From Akkermansiaceae bacterium (GTDB lineage Bacteria > Verrucomicrobiota > Verrucomicrobiia > Verrucomicrobiales > Akkermansiaceae): a stretch of 64,000 bases of DNA. The position numbers were made by a program, and so were the translations under genes. Shown here in pieces: positions 31,801-40,440 of this stretch. Numbering within the stretch: position 1 is the stretch's first letter; every line of letters begins with the position of its first letter. The DNA lies in assembly GCA_051251915.1 (NCBI GenBank), contig JBPOGF010000020.1, positions 34,165-98,164 of the forward strand. The letters run 5' to 3'. The notes under the pieces are model-generated. The model was not told the DNA's origin and ran no database searches. It saw only the letters and a list, made by a program, of their open reading frames with translations.

Positions 31801-32421
31801 TACACCTTCATCACCTACCCAGTAAGCGTAGCTACCAGTACCGGTATCGTTCGTGATGTCCACTTTTTCAGCGTAAACGAAATCACCATCAGTATTAACA
31901 GTACCTTCTCCTACCAAGTTAACCCAGTTATCGTCTGATGCATCCACTGGAGCTGTGAAACTAGCAGTTGCTTCAGATCTTGTAGTAGGGCTACTTGCAT
32001 GCGTTCCAGACACCAATGTTGTTAGATAGCCGTTATCATCTCGTGAATTAACAGGATCAGTCACATCCCACTCTGAAGTATTCCAAACTGTCGTCCAGTT
32101 TTTCTTATGATTACTGATAGACTCATCTAAAATAGAAGCAGAAGCTGTGACCCTACGGTCTGGCCCTAGACTTTCTTGTAGTTGGCTCAAGGCCATCATA
32201 GCCGCTAAGCGTGCATTAGCTTGAGCTATTTCCTGGTGCTTATCCACCCCTGTAGAACGAGTAATCACTGAGGACAATGACAACATAGAAATGCCTAAAA
32301 CCATAAGCATTGACATCACCATAATAGTCGTGATTAGGGCAAAGCCTTTCTTTGAAGCCAATGACAATGAAGTAGCCCACTTTATATTTGAGGTAGTTGT
32401 ATCTGTAAGTGTAAATTTCAT
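28807..32421 (-). CDS. Large PilX/GspK-like pseudopilin (Verrucomicrobia cassette-protein-A-like)
   Basis: Prepilin site KKG|FALITTI without Glu5. AQANARLAAMMALSQLQESLGPDRRVTA, YAYWVGDEGVKA, GAFNVNSTSVEAW, GPFMGLSDFVNR, RSDTFVIRAYGD, FGRR C-terminus. Confidence 0.8.
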   Translation of the reverse strand: MKFTLTDTTTSNIKWATSLSLASKKGFALITTIMVMSMLMVLGISMLSLSSVITRSTGVDKHQEIAQANARLAAMMALSQLQESLGPDRRVTASASILDESISNHKKNWTTVWNTSEWDVTDPVNSRDDNGYLTTLVSGTHASSPTTRSEATASFTAPVDASDDNWVNLVGEGTVNTDGDFVYAEKVDITNDTGTGSYAYWVGDEGVKARLDITAPSDVVDENWASSGLTGVPAGTGVQHMTGMESYTDYLPGATSEGDLTKFFKYKTLDFASSGQSPVRDRFHDLTTSHVGLLVDNRWGGVRRDLSTAFEMDIEEFGEIAEFNAAEEVNKTEIYSSFAPSDATSNPLYYSEDTDESLGYLYEIPVDSTDRYRGPTWDLLRNHYRTYKKERNELNFRGLSVPSSSDALAAHSVVPFSYNREPGSIDNRSLGSRHSATHSNNNSNNDFPIVSAHGVAGSYDTFQAGARNEPTVQKVSPELIRMVMQYGLARDNDKYYITLNPFFVIHNPYNHPIEFYSMSFDLVYFNFLNGMEMTYTDATTSTDKTVLFTLGVSGGGAQSQKMQSFRIEPSPTGNNRLEPGEIRTVSVSGGFQGTDGDAYIVPAQMGFDMAAGVYLGGSSAQTLDVDPDEPVTIKGFYSRFKDGYFKYQIPHLFTRLHYPTAATGGAFDLFDQSQASTDSSFIYDRELHSLVQAIKVTPAAVSEVSVTLNVDQIASPAAGGKGIFTLDMGLKDFTGDAAVMSDFNYRSLVTCPADYDKKHDVAPNWDLILSERLISELQITGADGTSSYWGEGKNASEGGSPKVVLFDLPYGPTVSLGALQHADTSKFNLHAMRSIGNSRLQVGQTDYTQIYNKLSPTRFTLNDVKHQFDTSWAANEALWDRFYFSGMNWGDAADQTYSTHDAAVQAIVDGDVGKALSNARMELIAPASSSDKDELKDYQEIGSYLGIRGAFNVNSTSVEAWKAILGSLSGREISYLNGTTVTSETAGSDVSPISRFSTPAGKDDDYTGFRSLDDSELDSLAEAIVEQVRERGPFMGLSDFVNRRLVSDETGEAGAIQAAIDKSNINSGFSIGSTTGNGLENSAATSSAGMARQLDQGDVLNLLGPIIATRSDTFVIRAYGDSKDSSGRIKAQAWCEMIVQRTPEWVNGSDEDSTIPHPDYPRGNSTDQPILRQWQSNPDLSVSAQNFGRRIKVTSFQWMKSDEI

Positions 32422-32857
32422 AGTTAATCTCTTCCGTTATGTATACTCTGTATACTTTATACTAGTTACTCGGTTATATTTAGTTCGGGTTGGTTCCAAA
32501 ATGGCCATTTCTTGTGGCTCACACATAAAAGGATCAACCGTATTTTAATATTCTATTCCTATTCAGCATTTCGTATGCCAATAGGTTACAAAGTTTTAAA
32601 ACGGTTAGAATAAACACTTCTTAAGCACGATGAGACCTTCAAACATCACCATCAGACCACAACCACAACCACAACATACTATGCATAAAACGATTAAAAA
32701 AATCATTAATACAGATCACCATCTACATGAATACGATGAATCCATGCCTAAATTCACACTATTTAATCAAAAAATGCAGTCACCACTTACAATTGTACCA
32801 AATAGATAAACCGCACAATTTAGCCCACAACAGCCCCTCATTACACCATCAAAAGCA

Positions 32858-33529
32858 TTAAGCTTCTGCTGTATAGATAGAGGCTATCCCCCCGCTCAAC
32901 GGTTCACAGCGAGGCTCTTTATATCCTTGGGCTGCAATCAAATCACACATCGCATCACCACTTGGAAAATCACCGATAGATCCAGCTAAATACGTATAGG
33001 CCTCCTCTTCAGAGGTAAGTTTTCCAGCTATCTTCGGTAAAATTTTATTCAGATAAAACCCGTAAGGTTTTCGCAGTATCCCTTCTGGAGAAGAGAAGTC
33101 TAAGATCAGCAGATGTCCACCAGGTCTAATCACTCGGCGCATTTCTGTGAGAGCTTTGGGATAGTCTGCCATGTTTCGCAAACCAAATGCCACCGTGAGA
33201 ACATCACAGCTATTATCCTCAAACGGCATGCTCATTGCATCTACCACCTGAGTATTTCTTACTCCTCTACGCCCAGCGTGCGCCAGCATTTCTGGGCAAA
33301 AATCTGAGGCTATCACCTCTGCTCCATCACACACTTTCTGTAACTCTATAGCTAGATCACCAGTGCCGGTAGCCACATCTAAGATCAGGCTAGGCGCCCA
33401 CTCCATCACGATCTGCCCCACTCGCTTACGCCACAAAATATCCGTCCCCAAGCTGAGTACGTGATTGGTGAGAACATAGCGGTCGGCGATCTTTGAGAAC
33501 GCATTTTTGACGAAGTTAGGATCTTGCAT
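32858..33529 (-). CDS. ubiE: Ubiquinone/menaquinone C-methyltransferase (MenG/UbiE)
   Basis: NHVLSLG, LDVATGTGD, AFGLRN, EMRRVIRPGG, YTYLAGSI. Confidence 0.92.
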   Translation of the reverse strand: MQDPNFVKNAFSKIADRYVLTNHVLSLGTDILWRKRVGQIVMEWAPSLILDVATGTGDLAIELQKVCDGAEVIASDFCPEMLAHAGRRGVRNTQVVDAMSMPFEDNSCDVLTVAFGLRNMADYPKALTEMRRVIRPGGHLLILDFSSPEGILRKPYGFYLNKILPKIAGKLTSEEEAYTYLAGSIGDFPSGDAMCDLIAAQGYKEPRCEPLSGGIASIYTAEA

Positions 33530-33562
33530 AATAAGTCTGTTAGATAGAACTGTTAGGAAAAA

Positions 33563-34036
33563 TTAGTCTGGTAAAATATCGGTATAGATCCCCGGATCAC
33601 TGTTAGGAATTTCTTTAGCGTTGCAGACCTTTTCATAAAACTCACGCGGCCCCACACCACCAATCACTCCATAGACATAACCACTATCCCTCAGCGCCTC
33701 CATGGACTTGAAAAGCAATGCCTTCCCTATCCCAGTACCTCTGGCATCTTCACCAACACCAGTAGGTCCATAGAATCCCTTAGCTGTCGTTTCCACACAA
33801 GCAAACCCTAAGATCTTCTTATCCCTTGTGGCGATAAAGCAAGTTACCGGCTGACGTGACATAGCAACCTTCACCTCACTCACCCACTTAGGAGAAAAGT
33901 GCTCGCCCACCCAGTTCGCCACAATATGCCGCTCATAAGCTCTCGCTCTACGCAAGATGATCCCCTGTTGGTCTATTTTAGTATAAAGTTCACTGGAGTC
34001 CGGTAACTCAAGGAGATTTACAATCATGTCTATCAT
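33563..34036 (-). CDS. GNAT-family N-acetyltransferase
   Basis: GPTGV...RGTGIGKAL acetyl-CoA motif and FYEK. Confidence 0.88.
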   Translation of the reverse strand: MIDMIVNLLELPDSSELYTKIDQQGIILRRARAYERHIVANWVGEHFSPKWVSEVKVAMSRQPVTCFIATRDKKILGFACVETTAKGFYGPTGVGEDARGTGIGKALLFKSMEALRDSGYVYGVIGGVGPREFYEKVCNAKEIPNSDPGIYTDILPD

Positions 34037-34064
34037 GGCACTAGCTTAGTCTCGGGCTAATGAT

Positions 34065-34727
34065 TTACAAACCTAATATCTCCATAAATGGCCAACTCTC
34101 AATTTCCTCCTGCCCTCGAATCACATCCGTAATTACCTCCACTCCGCACATATCTTCCACTATCCCTTTATTGGTAATAGTAGCCGTATCCAGTTCATCA
34201 ATCAGGTTATTAAATACTAACCCCGCTGGTTCAACACCACGCGAACGCATAGCTTCCACTGTCAGTAATGTATGGTTTAGCGCACCCAACTTATTCCCCA
34301 CTACAAGAATTACCGGATCACCAATCGCTACTGCTAGCTCAGCGACACTAAACTTCATCCCATTGATAGGAACCAGCCAGCCACCAACGCCCTCTGTAAT
34401 AACACAACCATTCTCGCTCGCCAGGTGCTGATGACCCCGAAGCAATACCTCTTTCTCGATCGGAGAATTCTCAAACATCGATGCCACATGTGGCGCAGCC
34501 GGGGTCTTCATCCAGACTGGATTTATCTTATCTAGAAGATCATCACTAGGGTCGCTGAAACCTGATGCATCCGCCATTTCTAGCGCGTCATTTCTATCGC
34601 CACAGCAGATCGGTTTATAACCGATAGCATCAACACGCTCGCTCCTTAGCGCGCGGATAATAAGTGAACTAATGTAGGTTTTGCCAGCATCTGTATCGGT
34701 CGCGGTGATAAATAATCCTTTGCTCAT
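34065..34727 (-). CDS. bioD: Dethiobiotin synthase
   Basis: FITATDTDAGKT, YKPI, EGVGG, LGALNH. Confidence 0.95.
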   Translation of the reverse strand: MSKGLFITATDTDAGKTYISSLIIRALRSERVDAIGYKPICCGDRNDALEMADASGFSDPSDDLLDKINPVWMKTPAAPHVASMFENSPIEKEVLLRGHQHLASENGCVITEGVGGWLVPINGMKFSVAELAVAIGDPVILVVGNKLGALNHTLLTVEAMRSRGVEPAGLVFNNLIDELDTATITNKGIVEDMCGVEVITDVIRGQEEIESWPFMEILGL

Positions 34728-34746
34728 AATGTTTGGTGAGCGCTTA

Positions 34747-35610
34747 CTAGCCGATTTCTTTTAGCTTAGCAAGGCAGACCTCAGATCCACAGGTATTCTT
34801 CTCAGGATCATCATTCATTAGCACTTCTCCACAGCCTCCATAGCACGGCTTACCGCCCTCTGGCCAATCAAGCGGATAATTAGCGATCATCAACCGCATC
34901 CTCCTAACACCTACCTTCGAACGCGTGACACCCATGGCTTCAGCAAGAACATCATCTGGACAACGACCTAAAATATGATCCCATTTTGACCAGCCATCGC
35001 CTGCTCCACTACGTTTTACTTTTTCCTTCTCAGTAAGCAGGCCAAGCCCCAACTTCTTCTTGTGCGCTAAAATAGCGCCAACAGTGCAGCCTATAAGCAA
35101 AGCCAAATCTTTATCATCAACAGTACCAATCCTGGACTCCCATTTATCCCAGTCCACCTTCTTCCGGAGATCACCACTAAATTTTGCTATCCCCAGCTTC
35201 TCACGCCTCACGCGGACACTACCTGGAGCACAACCTATTTTCTTAGCTAACTCAGAGTCCGCCATATCAGGGATCATAGCATCCCAGTCTTCCCAATTCA
35301 CCGACTTACGTTGATGATGCGCAGGAATACCGAGCTTTTTCCTTCGCAGAACGACAGACGCTAATGAACAGCCTACCTTTTCAGCTAAGACTTTATCCTC
35401 CACCGTACCGAGTAATTCGTCCCATTCAGACCAGTCAATACGCGGACGAGCACCGCGTTCTCCTGAAGCGGAAACATCTAGTTTTCTCCTCCGCATGCTC
35501 ACCGCTGCCAATGAACTGCCTATTTTTTCAGATAATTCCTTATCAGTAATTTTACCTAGCTGATCATCCCACTGGGACCAATCAATTGTAATACGAGGTT
35601 TACGTGCCAT
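34747..35610 (-). CDS. Tandem Trp/HTH-like repeat protein (5 repeats) with a C-terminal Cys4 motif
   Basis: Five ~47-aa repeats W..W...LG...D..LA..IG.S...V..RR.KLG, then CYGGC...CGSEVC. AGGAGGAG Shine-Dalgarno upstream of ATG 35610. Confidence 0.8.
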   Translation of the reverse strand: MARKPRITIDWSQWDDQLGKITDKELSEKIGSSLAAVSMRRRKLDVSASGERGARPRIDWSEWDELLGTVEDKVLAEKVGCSLASVVLRRKKLGIPAHHQRKSVNWEDWDAMIPDMADSELAKKIGCAPGSVRVRREKLGIAKFSGDLRKKVDWDKWESRIGTVDDKDLALLIGCTVGAILAHKKKLGLGLLTEKEKVKRSGAGDGWSKWDHILGRCPDDVLAEAMGVTRSKVGVRRMRLMIANYPLDWPEGGKPCYGGCGEVLMNDDPEKNTCGSEVCLAKLKEIG

Positions 35611-35856
35611 ATACTTACTTCTCCTCCTCCTGTTGTTATGTGTATTTCGCAGCTGACTCACGCAATACCCTCTCAATGAGTGATTGTCGTTATAGCCAAT
35701 TGATCACTACTTCTATCTATTTTATTCATCGCTCTCATGAGCTTACCGCATCGAAGCCAGAAGCTGAAAATTTAGCAAGAATATTGTACACCTAAATTGA
35801 GGTTAATCTCTCACTTTAACTCCTCTACTAGGTAGTGAAACATATAAGCCAACATG

Positions 35857-36000
35857 CCGGAGTGATTTTTCTTTCTAACTAGGCGTGACATAGCCAGACC
35901 GAAGACCGTAGAGCTACCCCACAGGAACGAGCGGAAGCGAGAATCGAGTGATGCTGCCATCATGACTGAGGAAAAGCGTAGCTAGCTAGAAAAGCTCCCG
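35857..36000. repeat. ~145-bp palindromic intergenic element (MITE/REP-like)
   Basis: Imperfect terminal inverted repeat (CCGGAG..TTTCTAACTAG / CTAGCTAGAAAAGCTCCCG). Shares its 5' end with 27867 and an internal motif with 63385-63505. Confidence 0.55.
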
Positions 36001-36098
36001 CCCTCTAAAATTAAAACACTATTTAAAATACCTCTAAGAGTCCATTTGTCTTATTTGTTTACCTCAGTAGCACCAGGCATCAAGCAAACTACTTTAAG

Positions 36099-36135
36099 AA
36101 AAAAAGCCGCCACGAATAGAATTCGTAGCGGCTTT
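36099..36135 (-). terminator. Intrinsic terminator of the OmpA gene
   Basis: AAAAAAAGCCGCCACGAAT-AGA-ATTCGTAGCGGCTTT. Confidence 0.8.
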
Positions 36136-36161
36136 AAATTTTAATTTTATTCTAGATTTTA

Positions 36162-36824
36162 TTAGAATTGGTTTTGCTGAGGAACAATGCGTAGCTCTAC
36201 ACGACGATTCTGTGCTTTACCTGACGCGGTAGCATTAGATGCGATTGGTCTGGTTTCACCTGATCCGTAGGTAAGCAATCGGTTACCCGCTACACCCTGG
36301 TAGTTGAGCACACTAGCGACTGATCTCGCACGTGAGATAGATAGGCTCTGGTTAGATGCCGCTGAACCATCTGAGTCTGTATGACCGACGATAGAAATGC
36401 TAGTGCGGTTATATTTCTTAAGGACAAGTGCCACTGATCCAAGTGTTTGAGTAAACTGTGGTTGGATATTAGCACTTCCTGTGCTGAATGTAATGTCACT
36501 CGGCATATTGAGAATAAGGTCATCACCACTACGTGTCACACTAACTCCTGTGCCACTAAGTTGACGGCGAACTTCTGCCTCCTGAGTATCCATGTAGGCT
36601 CCTGCCCCCCCACCTACTAAACCACCTATCATTGCTCCTTTAAGTGCATCTTGACGGTCACCTGTCAACGCGCCAATGGCTGCTCCACCAAGAGCTCCGA
36701 TGACTCCACCCTTCATAGTATTAGATGTCTTTTGTTGTCCAGTGTATGGATTTACTGTGGTGCAACTAGGAAGTGTGAATGCCGTCATAGTCGCAAATGC
36801 GATCATTGTGTGTGTTTTCTTCAT
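36162..36824 (-). CDS. OmpA-family lipoprotein with glycine zipper (YiaD-like)
   Basis: Lipobox LPSC, glycine zipper, GHTDSDG, NQSLS..RA, NRRVE. Confidence 0.93.
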   Translation of the reverse strand: MKKTHTMIAFATMTAFTLPSCTTVNPYTGQQKTSNTMKGGVIGALGGAAIGALTGDRQDALKGAMIGGLVGGGAGAYMDTQEAEVRRQLSGTGVSVTRSGDDLILNMPSDITFSTGSANIQPQFTQTLGSVALVLKKYNRTSISIVGHTDSDGSAASNQSLSISRARSVASVLNYQGVAGNRLLTYGSGETRPIASNATASGKAQNRRVELRIVPQQNQF

Positions 36825-36930
36825 AATTAGTTAGTTTTTGTGTATAGTAATTTACTGTTAATATATTGACTTACTAAAATAAGACGTTTCATTAGTAAAG
36901 TTTATTCATCCTAATTAGTTTATTTTTAAT

Positions 36931-36964
36931 AAAAAACCCTCAGAGAAGCATAACTTCTTGAGGG
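36931..36964 (-). terminator. Intrinsic terminator
   Basis: AAAAAACCCTCAGAGAAG-loop-CTTCTTGAGGG. Confidence 0.7.
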
Positions 36965-36994
36965 CTTAGAAACAATAATTGATGGATTGAGAAA

Positions 36995-37897
36995 CTATTC
37001 AGATTTTTCAGCTGCTCCTGCAGGTGAATTATTAGACTCAGCTGCAGCCTTTACGTCTTCTTGCTTAGGAGCATCTGCCTTTGGAGCCACTTCGTTTTTA
37101 TCTGATTTAGCCTCAGTCTTATTCGCTGATTCAGGGGATTTCACATCCTCTGATTTCTGCACCTTTTTGGCTGCTTTCTTTGATCTAACTAGCTTCTTCT
37201 TTGCCGGCTTGACTTGAGTTTCACACTCTGCGCGCCTCTCTCTTTTCTGATCCTTACACTGATCAACTCTGCGTTGCTCTTCCTCTTGGAATATCTCAGC
37301 AAGTTTGAAACTACGCTTTGTCAGCTCTTTGCCCTCTTTGTCTCCAATCAGAGCCAATCCTTCTTCCCCTACTTCAGCTAGGAAAATCTTCCAAGCCTTT
37401 CTAGACACAGACTTAGCGTTAAGCTTTACAGGTGTTTGTTTAACCTGATTCTGGTTTGGGTTTTGCTCGTTTACTTTTCTACCTCTACGCCCCCTGCTGC
37501 GATTGTTGTTATTCGCGTTGTTATTCGCGTTGTTATTCGCGTTGTTATTAGCGTTGTTTTGCTGATTATTCTGTTGGTTATTCTGCTGGTTGTTTTGTTG
37601 ATTATTCGGCTGAGGCTGTCCACCCTCATTGCCATCCTTACCGTTATTATCACTTTTATTAGCTGGAGCAGGCTTAGATTCTTCTGGTGCTTGATCAGCA
37701 TTCTCAGGACCTTTATTTGTGCGAGTGTCTCGGACACCTTGCTTAGGCTCTTTTTTGGCTGGTTGTGATTTTTCTGTTTTTGGTTCAGTGCTTGTAGCTT
37801 CAGCTGCTGGTATGTTTACTGAAGCATTATCTTGATTAGTTGCCGCTGGTTGAGCTGCTGGTGCAGACTCGTTAGCAGGCGATGTATTTTCGCTCAT
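36995..37897 (-). CDS. Mostly disordered protein with an N/Q-rich tract and a small helical core
   Basis: (NNQQ)4(NNAN)4-like tract, RSRGRRGRK, core KAWKIFLAEVGEEGLALIGD...FKLAEIF, and its own terminator. Confidence 0.8.
   Translation of the reverse strand: MSENTSPANESAPAAQPAATNQDNASVNIPAAEATSTEPKTEKSQPAKKEPKQGVRDTRTNKGPENADQAPEESKPAPANKSDNNGKDGNEGGQPQPNNQQNNQQNNQQNNQQNNANNNANNNANNNANNNNRSRGRRGRKVNEQNPNQNQVKQTPVKLNAKSVSRKAWKIFLAEVGEEGLALIGDKEGKELTKRSFKLAEIFQEEEQRRVDQCKDQKRERRAECETQVKPAKKKLVRSKKAAKKVQKSEDVKSPESANKTEAKSDKNEVAPKADAPKQEDVKAAAESNNSPAGAAEKSE
37505..37552. repeat. 12-bp coding tandem repeat x4
   Basis: GTTGTTATTCGC x3 plus GTTGTTATTAGC, followed by degenerate 12-bp NNQQ units up to ~37606. 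Confidence 0.9.
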
Positions 37898-38229
37898 TTT
37901 ATGTGATTATCACTACTTCATAATAATGTGTTAAGAAGGTGATAATTTGATTAAATTATTTCTCTATCAACTACTTGCAAAAGGCGCGTATAGCAGCTCT
38001 TCTCATAGCAGTCAGTATCGATTGTCTTGTTGTTTGGATTTTACCCGGTAGTTCTTAACTCAATAAGGCAAACCTCATTGAATATGAGGTTTAAAATCGC
38101 ACCATATCTCCATGTGTAAAGGCTATTCTCCACCAATTTACAATATTCCTAACACCACTACTCTTCATTATGCTTTAAATCATTGTTTTTGAGCTTTTCT
38201 ATTGCTGAACTACCCCCTACATGTGGCGT

Positions 38230-38589
38230 ATGTCAGCAGTGAAATACAAAGTAGGAAACGAAAAACTAATCAAGGTGCTTGATGGTGCAGCCGCACATCT
38301 ATCTTCATTGCTTGAAAAACAAGGCAGAGCAGATGGAGCACTTCGCATCGCTGTCGTCGGTGGTGGTTGCTCAGGACTTCAGTATAAAATGGACCTTGTC
38401 GATGGCCCTAGAGACAGAGACATGCTAGTTGTAAGTAATGCCGTGACTGTTGTCATCGACCCCAAAAGCGCACTATTCGTAGCCGGAAGCGAGCTAGATT
38501 ACTCAGATGACTTGCAGCAAGGAGGCTTTAAAGTCACCAACCCAAATGCAGAGGTCACCTGTTCCTGTGGGGAAAGTTTTGCGGCTTAA
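38230..38589 (+). CDS. A-type Fe-S carrier (HesB/IscA/ErpA family)
   Basis: GGGCSGLQY and NPNA..CSCGESF motifs. Confidence 0.95.
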   Translation: MSAVKYKVGNEKLIKVLDGAAAHLSSLLEKQGRADGALRIAVVGGGCSGLQYKMDLVDGPRDRDMLVVSNAVTVVIDPKSALFVAGSELDYSDDLQQGGFKVTNPNAEVTCSCGESFAA

Positions 38590-38672
38590 TATGGGTTCAA
38601 TGTCGAGAACAAGATAAATTCTTCACTACTCGCTTGATCCATTTCTAAGCAGTGCTTAGGTTCGGCTTAGAA

Positions 38673-39536
38673 ATGATCACCGAGACCAAACTCCCCTATT
38701 TAATTAAGCTCTTAGACGATAAAGAGCCAGCCACTCAAGCGGCACTAGTAACTGAATTTGCCGCCAGCTCTGGAGACCTCAGTAATGAACTCACAGCTCT
38801 CGGGCTAGGTCTAGATTTATCCAGCCAAGATAAAGCCAAACTCACCCAACTCCTCCTCCCTGCCAGACGCAAGACACTAATGAACGAATGGCAAATCCCC
38901 GCTGGAGGAAGAGCCGCGATGGCTGAAGACTGGGATAGTTTTGAATATCATCTAAGACTCATTTCTGACTACCTTCATGATGGTATTTCACTCCGCCCCC
39001 CACTCTCAGATGCGCTAGACATCATCGCTGATGAATTCTCTAAAAATCAGAAAAATGGATCCATCAGCGCAGAACAACTCAGGATCTGGATGTTCGCAGA
39101 TGGCAGATTTCAAGGAAATAAAGAAAACTACTACCTACCCCAGAATAGCGATCTCTGCTTCGTGGCTGACTCAGGACTAGGTAACCCCATTAGCCTCACC
39201 ACCCTCTTCATGTTAGTAGGCCGACGCCTAAATTTAGACGTCTCCGGTTGCAATTACCCCGGCCATTTCCTAGCGCGCATCTATTCAGAATCAGAAATGC
39301 AACTAGTCGACTGCTTTCACAAAGGCAGACTCATTCCAGCGCAAAAAGTTATCGCTGAACATAAGGAAATATCCATCAACGCCAAAATAGCTATCGCCGG
39401 CCACGCCTCACTTGGCGATATCCTCTGGAGATTCATTGGAAACATAGAGCACGCATTTAAGCAGTCAGGTAATCTAGAAACACACGAACCAGATCTAAAA
39501 TTATTTGCCTCCCTCTCCAAGAGTCTAAACAGATAA
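38673..39536 (+). CDS. SirB1/transglutaminase-like domain protein
   Basis: FQGN..NYY..NS, GNPISL, NYPGHFL and DCF motifs. ATG 38673 preferred. Confidence 0.8.
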   Translation: MITETKLPYLIKLLDDKEPATQAALVTEFAASSGDLSNELTALGLGLDLSSQDKAKLTQLLLPARRKTLMNEWQIPAGGRAAMAEDWDSFEYHLRLISDYLHDGISLRPPLSDALDIIADEFSKNQKNGSISAEQLRIWMFADGRFQGNKENYYLPQNSDLCFVADSGLGNPISLTTLFMLVGRRLNLDVSGCNYPGHFLARIYSESEMQLVDCFHKGRLIPAQKVIAEHKEISINAKIAIAGHASLGDILWRFIGNIEHAFKQSGNLETHEPDLKLFASLSKSLNR

Positions 39537-39542
39537 GTAGGC

Positions 39543-40388
39543 ATGATCGTTTCTAGAAAAGATATCTTGGTGGAAGGCCACCTCCTAAGATGCACATTAA
39601 TGGACCCGCCAAATGATGTCACAGTTCGCGGTGTCTGCCTATTCACCCATGGTCAGGGAGACTACTCAGAGCGCTACACCCAGGTGCTCCATCCATTTAC
39701 CGAACGCGGAATTCGCTGCATAGCCTTCGACCTCCATGGTCACGGCAGCAGCCCCGGTAAACGTGGTCACGTAGGCAAAGTAAGCTTCGTCGATGCAGTT
39801 ATCGACAAAGGTATCGAAATGGCTGGCGACCTCCCCTACGGCATCGCTGGACACTCTATGGGCGGACTACTCACCCTCCGCCACCTAACCCTAGCACTCC
39901 AAGGAAACTTACCCCTACCTCAGTTCTGCTGGGTAAACTCTGTCCTACTTTCCCCCACTCAAAACAAAGCCAACTGGTTCGTGGCCTCCGCGAAAATCCT
40001 AGCAAAGATTCACCCCAAATTAATCGTGAAAACTGGCGCCACCCCAGAACTCTGCCAAACCCCCATTGAAGGAAGCTTCATGGAAAAAGGCCCTGATCAT
40101 CCCGGCCACCAAAACATCTCTATCGGATGGGGAGTTGAGCTCATCAAGACAGCTGACTTTGTCCACAAAAACTTACCTCTGATGACATCTGACATCCCCT
40201 TTCTTTACACTCAAGGCGGAACGGACCTCATCTGCCCAGATCAAATTGCCGAGAAATTCATCAACAGCCTCAAGCTCACCAACAAAACTTACAAACTCTT
40301 CCCCAGCATGCGACACGAAACCTTCGCAGAGCCAGACCACCAACTTCTATTCGATACCATCGCACACTGGCTAGACGAGAATGTATAG
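39543..40388 (+). CDS. Alpha/beta hydrolase (lysophospholipase/monoglyceride lipase-like)
   Basis: HGQGDY, DLHGHG, GHSMGG nucleophile, Asp in GTD and His in RHE. Confidence 0.9.
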   Translation: MIVSRKDILVEGHLLRCTLMDPPNDVTVRGVCLFTHGQGDYSERYTQVLHPFTERGIRCIAFDLHGHGSSPGKRGHVGKVSFVDAVIDKGIEMAGDLPYGIAGHSMGGLLTLRHLTLALQGNLPLPQFCWVNSVLLSPTQNKANWFVASAKILAKIHPKLIVKTGATPELCQTPIEGSFMEKGPDHPGHQNISIGWGVELIKTADFVHKNLPLMTSDIPFLYTQGGTDLICPDQIAEKFINSLKLTNKTYKLFPSMRHETFAEPDHQLLFDTIAHWLDENV

Positions 40389-40440
40389 AAAATTTCTCAT
40401 TGCGCTAGCCTCCAGTTAAGCTATTGTTTCTACTACCTTT

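Noticed and set aside
32422..32850. Structured leader or ncRNA upstream of the PilX-like gene; (CCACAA)3 microrepeat
   Set aside because: Only weak pairing is visible and there is no recognisable riboswitch consensus.
37505..37606. Tandem repeats as a possible CRISPR array
   Set aside because: They are contiguous 12-bp in-frame coding units with no spacers, and no cas genes are present.
38066..38100. GGCAAACC-hairpin resembling a c-di-GMP-I riboswitch
   Set aside because: It lacks the following GACGCAAA and P3 elements. It is only a palindrome (AAACCTCAT-N5-ATGAGGTTT, 38070-92), possibly an operator.
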